A stretch of DNA of 64,000 bases from Octopus sinensis (GCF_006345805.1 NC_043012.1:5704001-5768000), one strand, 5' to 3'; positions 10,633-23,194 are shown, counted from the first letter of the stretch. Notes: generated by a model not told the origin, from the sequence alone. Numbers and translations: made by a program.

Positions 10633-12442
10633 ACCAGGTGACCTGCCCAGTAATTCCTGGGAAAGTGGGCTTATCCCTTGGTTCCATTCTCATAATTGTT
10701 TTGCTAATCTAGTAACAATACAAAGTATGAAGCCCTTAAAACGGTTTTTGTGTATTTATTGAGAATACTGAACTGTCTTACAAATGATTTTGTTTTTAGG
10801 AATCCCCAAATTGTGAAGTCAGTTATGTAATATGAAATTAATTACCCTATGGTAAGAATGCAAATAAAGTAGCCCTGAAAAGGGCTTTAATATGTTCCCA
10901 GAGTACATAGATCTTAGAAGGAAATACTAATAGGGTATGTATACTAAAATCGTGAAACATGTTACGTAATAACAGGTTAATCAGATATGAGATAATAACA
11001 ATTCAAAGTAAATAACTGTGGAAAAAGCTTTTGTGTATTCCCAGAGAATATTACCCTCAACAGCACTAGTGTTGGTATATTCGTGAATAAGTCAGTAACC
11101 GAAATAAGTGGCTATATTGTTTAGGAGAATACTATTTACTTGTTTAAGCATTGTACTGGATAAATTGAGAAAATAATTAAAATAGTTCAAATACTAAGAA
11201 ATAAGCATACTCAATTTCATTTTTACCAAATAATTTATGAAGGAGGGAATGGGTTATATCCCTTGGAAGTTTAAAAATAATTATGCCAGCCGCTCAACCA
11301 CGCCCAAATGTTGATCCTTCTGCCGTTTACCTGAACATTTTTTTGAAATCAATTTATACTTAAAACCTCCCAAGACACATACCGTAAATCCTTGTGTATA
11401 GTCTGCCCTTGAGTATAACATGCAGGGGAGTATTAGGGGGCTGTACCTCTGAAAAACCTAAACCTTGTGTATAATATGCACCCCTTCTCTAACTTGAGTC
11501 AAGGAGGTCTATATAACGTTCTTGGTTTGTAAAAATGTATACGGTAACGTCCATTATTATTGCCTTCTTTATCTTTGGCATCTGTTTAATTTCATCTTTA
11601 TTTCTTCTCCATAGCCTGACATTGCTTTCGTCAACATCAAATTTTCTTCCGGCGGCCCTATTACCATGCTCTTCAGCATATGATATAACTTCAAGTTTAA
11701 ACATAGCTGAATAAGATCTATGAGGCATTTTATGGGCATGTAATGTATAAAATGTTTTACTAGAGATTAATGTACAGGTTTAAGTACCGCTTATAAAAAT
11801 CCCTAGTAAAGACCCACAGTAGTTCAAACATTTAATACTGGTATTTAATTAAGTATCTATTGTTTGCCACATTAATGATGCAAACAGCCAATACAAGCAG
11901 GATGAACTATTTAGCGCTAAATTATTAAGCACGATTTGTGCGTAATTAAGCCAGCAGCACCTAGTCGAACAAACACTTCCATGCATGCGTAATACAATAA
12001 TGGTGATGTTCTTAACTGTTATATGGGAATGTAAATATGTTTGCAAATTGTTTTTGTTACATGTTATTCTGTGTTCTGAATACTTTTATTTTAATAAATG
12101 TTGCTTACTGCAAGTTATGATGATTCTTTTCTGACTTCATTGCTTTCAGGCTGAGCTTAAGGTATTTTCGCACCTGACATCACAAAATGTGTCTGAATAA
12201 ATATTGCCGGACAACAAATAGAGACTCGGACATTGCTAAGAAAATATTTTTCATTTTTAACCTCGTATATAATACGCACTAGGGATTTTGACCTTTAAAT
12301 TTTGGGAAAAAAGTGCGGATTATACTCAAGGATTTACGGTAAGTAGTCTGCATGTGAATTTTAAGAAAAACTGGCCGAGCCGTTTTGTCGCAAAATGAGG
12401 ACATACAGATACACAGACAATTTCAGTTTTAATATGTAAGAT
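10633..12442 (+). mobile_element. Non-autonomous Helitron-like (Lep1/HINE-type) element interrupted by a pogo-like transposon
   Basis: 5' ACCAGGTGACCTGCCCAGTAATTCCTGGG; 3' ..ctggccgagccgtttt..acagatacacagac..ttttaatatgtaagat, resembling such termini from memory. The sequence reads through when 11382-12339 and one TA are removed. Confidence 0.5.
11382..12339 (-). mobile_element. Internally deleted pogo/Tigger-like DNA transposon (958 bp) with TIRs, TA TSD and a Brinker-type DNA-binding-domain ORF
   Basis: TA|CCGTAAATCCTTGTGTATAGTCTGCCC ... GTGCGGATTATACTCAAGGATTTACGG|TA (27 bp, 4 mismatches). ORF 11489-11728 reads RSYSAMFKLEVISYAEEHGNRAAGRKFDVDESNVRLWRR, a BrkDBD-like HTH as in POGK-type transposases. 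Confidence 0.9.
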
Positions 12443-13715
12443 TATATACTACAAGCTTCTTTCAGTTTCCGCCTACCAAATCTACTCCCAAGACTTTGGT
12501 CAACCTGGGGCTATAGCAGAAGACAACTGGTCTGAACTAAGAACCGTGTGGTTGAGAAACAAACTTCTTACTATACAGCCATGAATATCCTTTAAATCCA
12601 ACAGTCTGCAAGATGTCATTTTTTTGCAAAATTAGAGGATTTTGATATATAGACTCAAGTAATTTTGATTCAACAGATTTAGAAGGGGCAAGGCGGATCA
12701 GTGCTGGTTGCACTGAGGCTGATAGCAAAGGCCAAGCAGCCAAGTATAAACAGTGGCCAAGAATAATAAAACCTTTCACTTGAAAATATGTCCTTTAAGT
12801 AGGCAAGCTGATGTTTCTAAGAAATCAGTGTTGCAGCAGATACAGGGTTCTCATCCTAGAGAATTTATAAATAATTAAATTAAAGAAAAATACTCAATAT
12901 ACGATAGAGGTGATGTGCAGTTTGATAATAGAGATTAAATTCAGGAAGAGAAGAAGGGAAAGTAAAAAGGAAGAAAGAAAATGGAAACAGAGGGAAACAA
13001 ATGGAAGAAAAATAAAATAATTGTGTTAAGAAATAAGAAATGGAAATTCTGCATCTCAGCCATTGTTGCCCTGGTCTGGATGCAGACACAGTTTGATTTA
13101 GGATGAGTTCAGTTACATAAAAGGACACTATAGACACACCTGCAATAGTGATTGCTACCAATGTAGTATGCAAAGATATCTTTGATGTCAATGGGTTTTT
13201 CAGAATTAATCTTTTTTTCAGCTGTACAAAGACCACATTATTTGCTGCCATTTATATAAAGCCTGTATTTTCCAACTATTCACCAGTTGATTAGTTCACA
13301 ACTTTCTCTTTTAAAGATGAGACATATTTTGAAAGTTTTGCTGCACTCAGTTCCTCAATATACCTTAAGGAAGATTAGTAGTTGTAAAATTTTCGTTTGA
13401 ATAGTCATTATATGAATGCAAGTATAAAGTTCCAGTATGATGCTAAGAGTTGGGTCTATAGATTAAAACTACTGCCTCAATCACGATGGGTTTGTATTGA
13501 AGATTCAATTCATGTCATGCTATACGACATGAGGAACCTACCTCAGAAGATGGTGTCCACTAACTTAACATTATTTGATCTATATTGGTAGGAAACTAAT
13601 ATTTATGTGTGTGGGTAAGTGCATGCGTATGTATTTGCATATATGTATTTATATAAATGTGTGTATGTATATGTATATATACGATGATGATGATGATGTA
13701 TGTGTACATATATAA

Positions 13716-13748
<33 letters not shown>

Positions 13749-14306
13749 AATGCTTACACATGCATTCATTTACATGTATACATATATATATTTTAAAATT
13801 CAGGATAAAATCTATATATGATTTTATCAGGTAGTTTGTCTGTAATAACCAGTTAAAGTAACGTTAATAAATTTATATTAAGGGCAAGTGCATAAGTACA
13901 TAGGCTTAGCCACATGCTAAAAGAAGATACCAAATGGTTCGAAACTTCCTTAAGTATCACAATAAATTTTAAAATATTTTAAAAATATTTATAATTTCAC
14001 CTAAACCAAAATTATTCACTGCTGAATTATTTGGTTATTCACACATGGTTGAGATAAATAAACTAGATTTTTGAATTTTAATTTGTATATAAGTACGAAG
14101 AGTTGTATTTGCACTGTGAATCCATTTGTGTTTCTGTGGTATATATAATTGTTCATGTTTATGTGCATTGGGTTATATTCCAATGATGATGGGAAAATGG
14201 AATTTCCCTGTAATCCTGAAATCAATTGATATGTAATTGAACCTTTTCATGAATCTTATTCGTTTATTCCCCTTATACATTTATACACATGTATATATAA
14301 ATACGT

Positions 14307-14608
14307 GGAGGCGCAATGGCCCAGTGGTTAGGGCAGCGGACTTGCGGTCGTAGGATCGCGGTTTCGATTCCCAGACCGGGCGTTGTGAGTGTTTATTGAG
14401 CAAAAACACCTAAAGCTCCACGAGGCTCTGGCAGGGGATGGTGGCGATCCCTGCTGTACTCTTTTGCCACAACTTTCTCTCACTCTTTCTTCTGTTGGCC
14501 TGCTTGCTTAGCCAGCGGGGTGGCGTCATTTGAAGGCTAAAACAATGCGAAGCGCATTGTGACCAGCGATGTGTAGCAACATCTGATAGCCTGGTCGGTC
14601 ACAGTGAT
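14307..14608 (+). mobile_element. tRNA-derived SINE, family D
   Basis: A-box TGGCCCAGTGG and B-box GGTTTCGATTCC; head and body shared with 45897-46192. Confidence 0.85.
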
Positions 14609-14647
14609 ATATAAATACATGTATGTAAATATATATATATATCATCA

Positions 14648-15044
14648 TATATAACTTGGTTTAAGAAGAGACAAAATTTAGATAATCATCCTATATTTAT
14701 GATTTACATCAACATAATAGAAACAAGAAATACATGAAGTAAAAATATATGTGCAAAGGATAAATAAATGAGGAGTGATACAGTGATTAAAAATCATTAA
14801 ATTTAAGATTAAAAATGTCGAATTAAGAAAAATGTTGGAAGATACATTGGCGGCAGTGATTTAATGATTTTTTGTTGATGTATCACTCTTTATTCATGTC
14901 TATTCCTTATTTCCATTCTAATTAATATATTGATATGTTCCTTGTCTTGCTGTATTTATTGTTTTATGTATTTATTATGTTGATGTAAATCATGTATATA
15001 GGGTGATTATCTAAATTTTGTCTCTTCTTAAACCAAGTTATATA
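14648..15044. mobile_element. Foldback element (about 397 bp) with long TIRs starting in TA repeats
   Basis: The terminal 41 bp are a perfect inverted repeat (TATATAACTTGGTTTAAGAAGAGACAAAATTTAGATAATCA); further inner inverted blocks (gagtgatac..aaatcattaaat). Confidence 0.8.
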
Positions 15045-15110
15045 ATGTCTACTATCTCGGTTTCAACCTAAGCACTTTCAAGCAATTGTGTAAAAAAACA
15101 TATACATATA

Positions 15111-15480
15111 GGCGTAGGAGTGGCTGTGTGGTAAGTAGCTTGCTTACCAACCACATGGTTCCGGGTTCAGTCCCACTGTGTGGCACCTAGGGCAAGTGTC
15201 TTCTACTATAGCCTTGGGCCGATCAAAGACTTGTGAATGGATTTGGTAGAGGGAAACTGAAAGAAGTCCATTGTATATATGTATGTGTGTGTATATGTTT
15301 GTGTGTCTGTGTTTGTCCCCCAACATCGCTTGACAACAGATGGTGATGTGTTTACGTCCCCATAACTTAGCGGTTCGGCAAAAGAGACCAATAGTCCTGG
15401 GGTCGACTTGCTCGACTAAAGGCGGTGCTCCAGCATGGCCACAGTCAAATGACTGAAACAAGTAAAAAAAAAAGAAGAGT
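15111..15480 (+). mobile_element. Full-length family-A SINE, low divergence
   Basis: GGCGTAGGAGTGGCTGTGTGGTAAG..GGTTCAGTCCC head, gggcaagtgtcttctactatagcc core, gactgaaacaagtaaaa tail. Confidence 0.9.
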
Positions 15481-16289
15481 ATGTACTTATATATATACAC
15501 ACACACATATAAATGTACATGTTTGTATATATGTATATAAATATACATATGCAAATCTCTCTCTCTATATACCATTATCATTATATATATACATTTGTGT
15601 GTGTGTGTGTGTGCGCACAGTGGGGCTCTTGCCTTGGAGACACTTAGTAAAAGCAAGAAAATACAAACATCACACATATCCAAAATTATCATCACACTCC
15701 ACCTCTTTAATTATGAGTAGCACTAGTCTAATATAGCTCTCACAATCATTTCAGTTACTGGCACTCACTAGCACCAAGGATCTCTTTTGGAAAAAGCACA
15801 TTGGCTCCCACACAACCCATTGAAGGGTTCTGGCGGCATGTTTGCAAGATCCACATGATTCTCCAGTGGGTCATCTCATTATTTCTTTTCTATGAGTTGT
15901 TTTGAGAGTAGGCATGCCATGATTGCTTACATTATGATTGCACATTAGAACAACATTTTTTTGCCTATCTTTTATAAATTCTTTTAATTTTCTTTTGTTT
16001 TTTTCATGTTATATCATTCTGGATTTTACCATGTAACGAGATAAAATAAAAGACTGAGTAAACAAATTATAATTAGCCAAACAGAAGGTACCAGATGACC
16101 CAGCAGTGGGTTGTGGGTGGAAAACGCTACATGTGTGATTCTTGCTTCACATATGATATAGTGAAAACATATGGCAGGCATATCAAAACTTAACATGTCA
16201 TATGGGACCCTGGGACAAAATGGGAAATGAGGCTCTGGAGCCAATATGTTAACATAGCTAGGATGACATAACGATTAGTCCTTCATCCA

Positions 16290-16560
16290 GCAACAGTTAC
16301 TGATATCTCCAAAGCACATATCAAGGCCTCAGTGGAGTATAACTTGTATCTGGGACATTAGTGTTGATGGACACATAGACATCCTTAAATGCATCCAGAA
16401 AAGGCCACCCAGCTTATTAGCATAAAGTCACTCTCAGACTTCCCAGCACTTCTAGCCCACAAGTTTTCTGCTTCATTTCTTGGCCTCTTTTACAGCTACT
16501 ATATAGTGTCACTCTGCTTTTCAGAACAGGCTGGACCCATCTCATCTTCACTAGGGTAGT
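16290..16560 (+). mobile_element. Degenerate CR1-clade LINE, ORF2 C-terminal region
   Basis: Frameshifted translation KAHIKASVEYN..HIDILKCIQKR..LAH..LGLFYSYY resembles the CR1-type RPxLEY..L..IQKRA..LAHRR..LFYRYY region. Confidence 0.55.
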
Positions 16561-16989
16561 CTTGTCTCACTTTTCTCTCCTCCTTTCTTCATTCTTGTGG
16601 TGTCAAAACTGCCACATCCTGTATTAATCATTATGCTCAGTTTTCCTCCCCCACCCCACCAAAAACATTGGTCACCTAGAAGTTATTCCTTGTCAGTCTC
16701 CTTGATTAGCAATGTCTGCTAAGACCATGAGTACTGCTTCTTCTTCCAGACTTAGCAAGGATATAATAAGAAAAAAAAGGCTAAAATCATACATATATGC
16801 ATGTGTACATGCTAAGGACCTCTGTTAAACAGACTTGACCATGTCTCTATAGTTGTATGATGTGCAGGCTCAGGCAAGGTTTTTCCATATCATTGGTGAT
16901 TTTTGGAAGGGATGACTACTGCTTCTGGGACAATACAGCTTGTCACAAGTGTCATTCTTCACAGGTGTTGCACTCAGACCACAAAGGGG

Positions 16990-17192
16990 CCAGAACTGGC
17001 AGCGAGCTGGCAGAAACGTTAGCACGCCAGGTGAAATGCTTAGCGGTATTTTGTCTGCCGCTACGTTCTGAGTTCAAATTCCGGGTCGGTTAAATAAGTA
17101 CTAGTTACGCACTGGGGTCGATCTAATCGACTTAATCCCTTTGTCCGTCCCCTCTATGTTTGGCCCCTTGTGGGCAGTAAAGAAATAAAAAA
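16990..17192 (+). mobile_element. Family-B SINE with internal deletion
   Basis: Head and tail intact; jumps from ttcaaattcc to gggtcggttaaataagtac. Confidence 0.85.
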
Positions 17193-17429
17193 TAACAAAG
17201 GGGACAGAACAGATGCCATCACATCCATACTCTGATAGTTTTGTTATTTCACTGTCATAGATTGGAACTTTTCTTAAAGATGAAAAGCATGGTCGACCAT
17301 GGTGGGATTTGAACACAAAATGCTGAGAACCAGAATAAAAGCAGGCAAGGCATTTTATCCAAAGCTCTAATGATTCTGACAATTTGCCATCTTATATATG
17401 GTGAATACTCCGTCTTTACAGACCACTGT

Positions 17430-17545
17430 CTCTTTGTTATTCCTCATCGTCAATGAAATTTTTGCCTTTCCATCCATGACTTCTCAGGTGACTATTAGAC
17501 CCGCTGCAGACCTGCATGGTTCAATGCAGAGGTGACAGATGAAAT
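17430..17545 (-). mobile_element. Probable RTE LINE 3' end with degenerate C2H2 zinc finger
   Basis: With one frameshift: FICHLCIEPCRSAAGL-SHLRSH, like the terminal CxxC..C.S..GL.SH.R motif of some RTE ORF2 proteins. Confidence 0.45.
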
Positions 17546-18107
17546 TTAATTTACTGTTCACTTGCAACTGGTTTAGGTCAGCAGATGACACCACTCATCC
17601 GTCACAAGAGGAATTTCAGTAAATAGAACGACAAATGAGGTCACATAAAGAGACATCTTAACGTCACTGGATTATAGTGATAAATGCTTGTACAACACGA
17701 GAACTACTGAGTCTCTATGATAAGTACCTTATGACAAGCCAGAGCAAGATGGCCAGTAATTATGTGAAACTGCAGGTTTTACTTGAGTGTCCCTCTTTTA
17801 GAAGGATCCAGTGACAACAGCTAGAGGTCCTTCACTCTCAGTGGTTCTACTGTGCACCATAACGCCAACCAGGGGTAATTCTGTGTCCCTGCACTCCGGC
17901 GGAGTGCCATCACATATCGTAGTTAACCCATGGCTGGGATCCCGACAGATGCAGCTACTTCAGGTCAGAGTAGACCTCAGAACAGTAGTGGCTAAGAGAT
18001 GGTTCCGTGCTCCACAAATTCCTGGAACTCCTGAACCGGGGTCCCACTAATGGATGCAGTTTAAAGCCATCTCCTGGACAGGGCTTATACATGCTTAGAG
18101 ATGCAGG

Positions 18108-18480
18108 CGTATCTGTGAGGTGAGAAGCTTGCTTCCCAACCATGTGGTCTTGGGTTCAGTCCCACTGCGCTGCACCATAGGCAGGCGTCTTTCATTATAG
18201 CCCCAGGCCAACCAAAGCCTTGTGAGTGCATGTGGTAGATGGAAATTGAGGAAGCTGGTCGTATATGAGTGTGTGTCATTGTGTTGGTACCCTACCACCG
18301 CTTGACGACCGATTTTGATTTGTTTACGTCCCCGTAACTTAGTCGTTCGACAAAAATAACCGATGGAATAAGTACCAGGCTTTAAAAATAAGTACTGGGG
18401 TCGATTTGTTCCGCTAAAGCCTTCAAGGCGGTGCCCCAGCATGGCCGTAGTCCAAAGACTGAAACAAATGGAAGATATGT
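18108..18480 (+). mobile_element. Family-A SINE
   Basis: Head, core and tail recognisable. Confidence 0.85.
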
Positions 18481-19269
18481 AAAGATGTATGAGCTTAAAG
18501 TACATACAACCACACACACATATTTATATATACTTATATTACATATTCCTTTATTAGTTTCACTCTTTGGACGAACAATGCAGGGGAATGTCTTTCAATA
18601 GGTTCTGTTATACAGTTTTACACACACACACACACAATCATTGAGTGTGATAAGCACGTTGGCGTGAAACTCTAAACCCTCGAGTCACTGGTAACCGAAC
18701 GAATCTTATGCATCGAGTTTGTAGAGCCTCACACACACACACTTTGTGTTCGAGCAGCTTCAAATACACAGACTTTTTATTTAAGACCACGAGTTGCTAC
18801 TCCAGTCTTTTTCAAACACAATATACATACATACACATATATATACACACACACACACACACACATACATACATACATACATAATTTGTGCGTATTGCAC
18901 CATGCGTCGATCGCCTCGCACAAGCAACATTAGTAGTAGTTAGTAACAGTCGTAGTGGTAGTAGTGATTGTACTACTACTACCACTACATTGTCCATCAT
19001 GTAACAGTTAAAATGACTTCAGCACCACTTCGTGTATTTTACACACATAAGTCACTAACGGAGATGATTCTGTATGCTGAATACAACAGCCAAATCTTCC
19101 TCAGATCACGTTCTATCGTCTTTTAAGATTTATCAGGACAGGCACATTGCATGTATAATGTACCTCTTAAATACACAATACAACAGGATGATCACGATTG
19201 GAACTTAATTAATCATCATACATCTTGTCAGTCAGGACCGACCCGTGGCTAATGAACAACAACAATACA

Positions 19270-19490
19270 CATAAACCAACGAGGAAGCCTCTACGTCGTT
19301 GCTCAACGCGCTAGAAATAACAACCAAATATCCCTTAAATCACACTCTGCCATTTAAAAAAAAAAAAAAAAAAAAGGGAAAGACACGTTGTGCAATGTAG
19401 TCTTAAAATGTATATAAAACGATGAGATGGTCTTCACTGGAATGTCTCCGATTACAGATGTGTGTAATCAGAGCCGCCCGGAGATAACAC
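19270..19490 (+). mobile_element. Dispersed repeat family F (GCTAGAAATAGCAGCCAAATCTCCC motif, (CAA)n tail)
   Basis: The motif recurs near 19310, 24177, 29200(-), 31080(-), 35562, 35842, 42570(-), 49750(-) and 56668, often with similar downstream sequence. Confidence 0.6.
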
Positions 19491-19852
19491 CACTTTTTTT
19501 TCACTTACACACATGTTGACTGACTGGCTTCTACACACACGTCGCACACGCGTTGCGCGGGTATTCAGTCCCCTACTTAAACATGCACACGCAAAACTAT
19601 TTGTTTAAGACCTACACACACACTTATTTACAGAAGACAAAACAAGGGCATATTTTTAACCAGTTTACACATACATATACACATACTAGCAACCTTGCAA
19701 ATCCACGCGGTCCACTACAGCTGGGCTCACCTCGTAATGGTAGTAAGCATAAGTTTACACACACGTACATGCACTGCCTTGACGAATTAGCAAACTAATT
19801 AAGCGGTTGGTTGGTTGGTTAGTTAGTTTATGGGTTAGATAATTTTTCTCCT

Positions 19853-19888
<36 letters not shown>

Positions 19889-20495
19889 GACATATATATA
19901 TATACACGCACACATATATTCAGACATGCGTGCATACATGTATACATACAAACAGAAGTCTGTTGGTAGATAAATACAAACAGAAGTCTATGTATAATTT
20001 ATCTCTTCGTATCTCCCTCACGCTATCTTTACCTTCTCTTCTTGGGTGTGTGAATAAACGTGTGCATCTATGTAAATTCAGTGTGTAGTATGTGTACGTA
20101 CATATAAATATATATAGTTTAAGTACCCATTAACGTAGAAGTCTTGCCTCTGAATGTCACTCACTGTTACAACGACAGATAATGATGGATTACAACAACT
20201 GTAAAAGGTACACGAGGATAGAACACAACAACAACAATATGTATATACATATCTGCATAGATTAAAAGATAACTACGTGACACATCAGGGGAACATGTAA
20301 TGACAACAAGTCGAATTTCTCGAAGACAAAACTAACTATATGTGTGAAGGTTTCAGAACTAATTCACACGTATAATATACCCCCATCCCACGAAAAGAAA
20401 TTGAAAAAAAAAAAAAAGATAGGCAAAGAAAAAGAAAATAAACTCTACTGCAGAATTGGCGCCGTTTGCTGAGAGAGAGCGAGAGAGACCCTTAC

Positions 20496-21521
20496 ATGGC
20501 CCAAATAGATGTTCACCACAAATACACACAGTACGTAAAACGTACACACACATACACGTATATTCATACATATACATTATACACATGTACTTGCACACAC
20601 TCTATACATTTTCAGTGCTAGCTGCTTGCTCGCTCGACCATAGCTTCATTGGCACTCCATTAAATTTCACTCTCTTTTCTAAGTCACTCGTTCTTGTTCA
20701 TATCTCTCTTTCTTCTTCCCCTGTCCTTTTGAAATCTCAGCTCTTCAAGTGTCTTTTCTTCAATTCCTCAGTAACCTCTCACCACTCCTTTTCCACTCTC
20801 TATTTCCTTCTCTCCTTCTCTCTCCTTCTCTTTCCCATCGTTCTTTAAGAGATCCTCCACTGCTGCTGTTCTAAAACAAACACACATACATACAAACACA
20901 CCAGCGCACATGCTACTAATAGTTCTTACATGATCTGACCCCCGTCTCCATTCAGTCAGGACAATCTTATATCGGAATCAAATTATATAATATATATATA
21001 TACATTTCGCGATCATAGATATTATCGTACATTGTAAATACATATACACATATATATTCACACACGTACATCATATATATATATATATATTCATATGTAA
21101 TGTGTGTGTGACTGTGAGTACCTACTTAGTGCTTTCGAAAGCTCTTGCTTCTGTACCAAATCGATTCAGTTTAATGATCTGCGCAAGTATTTATTTCATT
21201 ACATAATAATCATTCAAGAAAGGGGGAAAAAAACCCCTACAAGGATGTAATTTCACGAGAGGATCTAAATGAGCGGAAGAAATAAAATCAAGATATCAAG
21301 GAGTTATTCCATAATATATTAATAGTATCACTGTTGCACTGTGGAAGTAAAAGAACGGAGAGAACCCTTGACAGAGACCAGTTTCTGTTATCCCAAAAAA
21401 GACTCTTATTTTATATCTGTATCTAGTGTGTGTATATTATATGCTATAAGCTGCATCAACTCGTATGCTGAACCAACATATTGATTGATAAGCGAACGTG
21501 TGTGTGTGTGTATATATATAT

Positions 21522-21553
<32 letters not shown>

Positions 21554-21600
21554 TTATATATCTATATATATATATATGATATAATAAAATTTGAAAATAT
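20496..21600. promoter_or_regulatory. Candidate divergent promoter / 5'UTR region upstream of the PDZ exon
   Basis: CpG-retaining DNA; GA-rich 5'UTR-like stretch on the minus strand ending at CCAT|GTAAGG (donor GT at 20495-20494). Confidence 0.3.
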
Positions 21601-22240
21601 TTTAAGACATTGGTTCCGTGGACGTTTCCAGAATGGTTGTGTCATGGAATTTACCACTTGGTGCTTCTGTGAAACGAAAACCTATCTCTTACACAGAATA
21701 TTTACAATTTGGTCATTATTCTTCCTACCAGAAGAAAACGATTAATTACTTCACTAATTAATTAACACTAATCACACACACACACAGAATAGATACGTAA
21801 GTATGTATGTATGTATAAAATAGTATGGTCTCTGGTGTTTCAGCAACACCTTGTATATGCAATGGAACTTACTGCTTTATAACGAAACATCTGCTGATAT
21901 TTCGGTCTGCTACGGCAACTTGATGCTGGGAACATCGAATGTATTCTTAAAGCCTTTATCGGAAGGAAAATTATGATTACAGTTAAAATTAATGATGATT
22001 ATTCTACCTTGTTGCTGTTAAAGAATTTGAAAATATATTTAATTTTGTTGATTGTTTTGTGAAAATTTTCAACATTATGATATTACTGACAGGTTTTTTG
22101 GAAATGCCTAAGTTTACTGCAAGAAAAATAACACAAGAGTCTTGTATTGCTGCTACTGCTTCTTATAGTACACTACCATCTAGGTTAGAGCTCAAATTAC
22201 GGACAAGACACTCGCCGAAAACAACGAAAACTGCTCAGCA

Positions 22241-22950
22241 ATGGAAAGTCTTAACTTGAAGTCATTTTTCACGAAATTATTGTCTTCCAACCATGGAAGT
22301 ACGGGACATTGCAAAACGAACCGGAAATCAAGTAAGAGAGGACCGGGACCCGGCTGTGCTACGTTACCATGTCATAACATAAGTTCTCCGAAATATTCGA
22401 ATGGTACCCTTCCGAAGGCTGACCAATCCCCGGGTGGTCAGCGACATGGCACTTGTACCTTACCGTCATCGTATTCTTTGGGGAATGACCCCACGGGTGG
22501 TTGTGGACGGGGTGGCGGCACGCACTGCAGCGATGCGCACCGGACAACACCTCCGACGAAACCCCCGAGGAAGGACCAGATATTCAGGGTAGATCTACTC
22601 TGCCATCCTGGAGAAGATATCGGACTGAGTTTGGATACAGTACCAGCAGACACTATAGATTCATGGAAATCTACTCTAAAACCTGTGAGGTCGTCGTCGC
22701 CCGGAGGAGCTTCGAATTCGGGTACTTGTGCAGTTTCGTCTGCCGGCAACTACGACAACTTCTCTGTAAATGCCACCGGCTCGACCAGAGAAGGAATAAA
22801 GCAATTTTTAGGACAAGGTAGCACAATTGTAAAAGTGATTGATGTCAGAGACGGGAGTATTGCCTTCAAAAACGGTAAAATTAAAGTTAACGACGAGGTC
22901 ATTGATATAAATGGCAAGTCAGTGATAAAAGAAACGGCGAACGGCGCCAG
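22241..22950 (+). CDS. Probable first coding exon of a PDZ-domain protein (partial; intron follows in phase 2)
   Basis: Non-repetitive, CpG-rich open frame of 236+ codons; in-frame TAG at 22181-22183; GCAATGG Kozak context; PDZ signature IFRVDL..GEDIGLSL....IVKVIDVRDGSIAFKNGKIKVNDEVIDINGKSV; CAG|GTGAGT donor at 22950/22951. Confidence 0.88.
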
Positions 22951-23152
22951 GTGAGTCTAATGTTTTCTTCACAATCGTTATTTTAATGAATCTATGCTCA
23001 CACCTAAACGACAAACTCAAGCTGTTGTATTAATTACTTTGTTGATTTTTATATATTTTTTCTTCTTTCATTCACTACTCCCACTCCGCTCAGTAATCTA
23101 TTTGGATGCGTGTACATGTATGTAAATATATACGGCAATCTATATATATATA

Positions 23153-23194
23153 TAAGGGGTACCCTTGTGTATGTATGCTTATATATATATAAGC

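Noticed and set aside
13140-13221. Minus-strand candidate exon EKKINSEKPIDIKDIFAYYIGSNHYCR (TTTGTACAG|..CAG|GTGTGT)
   Set aside because: Plausible splice sites but no recognisable homology or linked exon; chance level in 64 kb.
14307-14380. tRNA-like sequence with A and B boxes
   Set aside because: Continues into a SINE body, lacks a complete cloverleaf, and is multicopy; the same applies to the other SINE heads.
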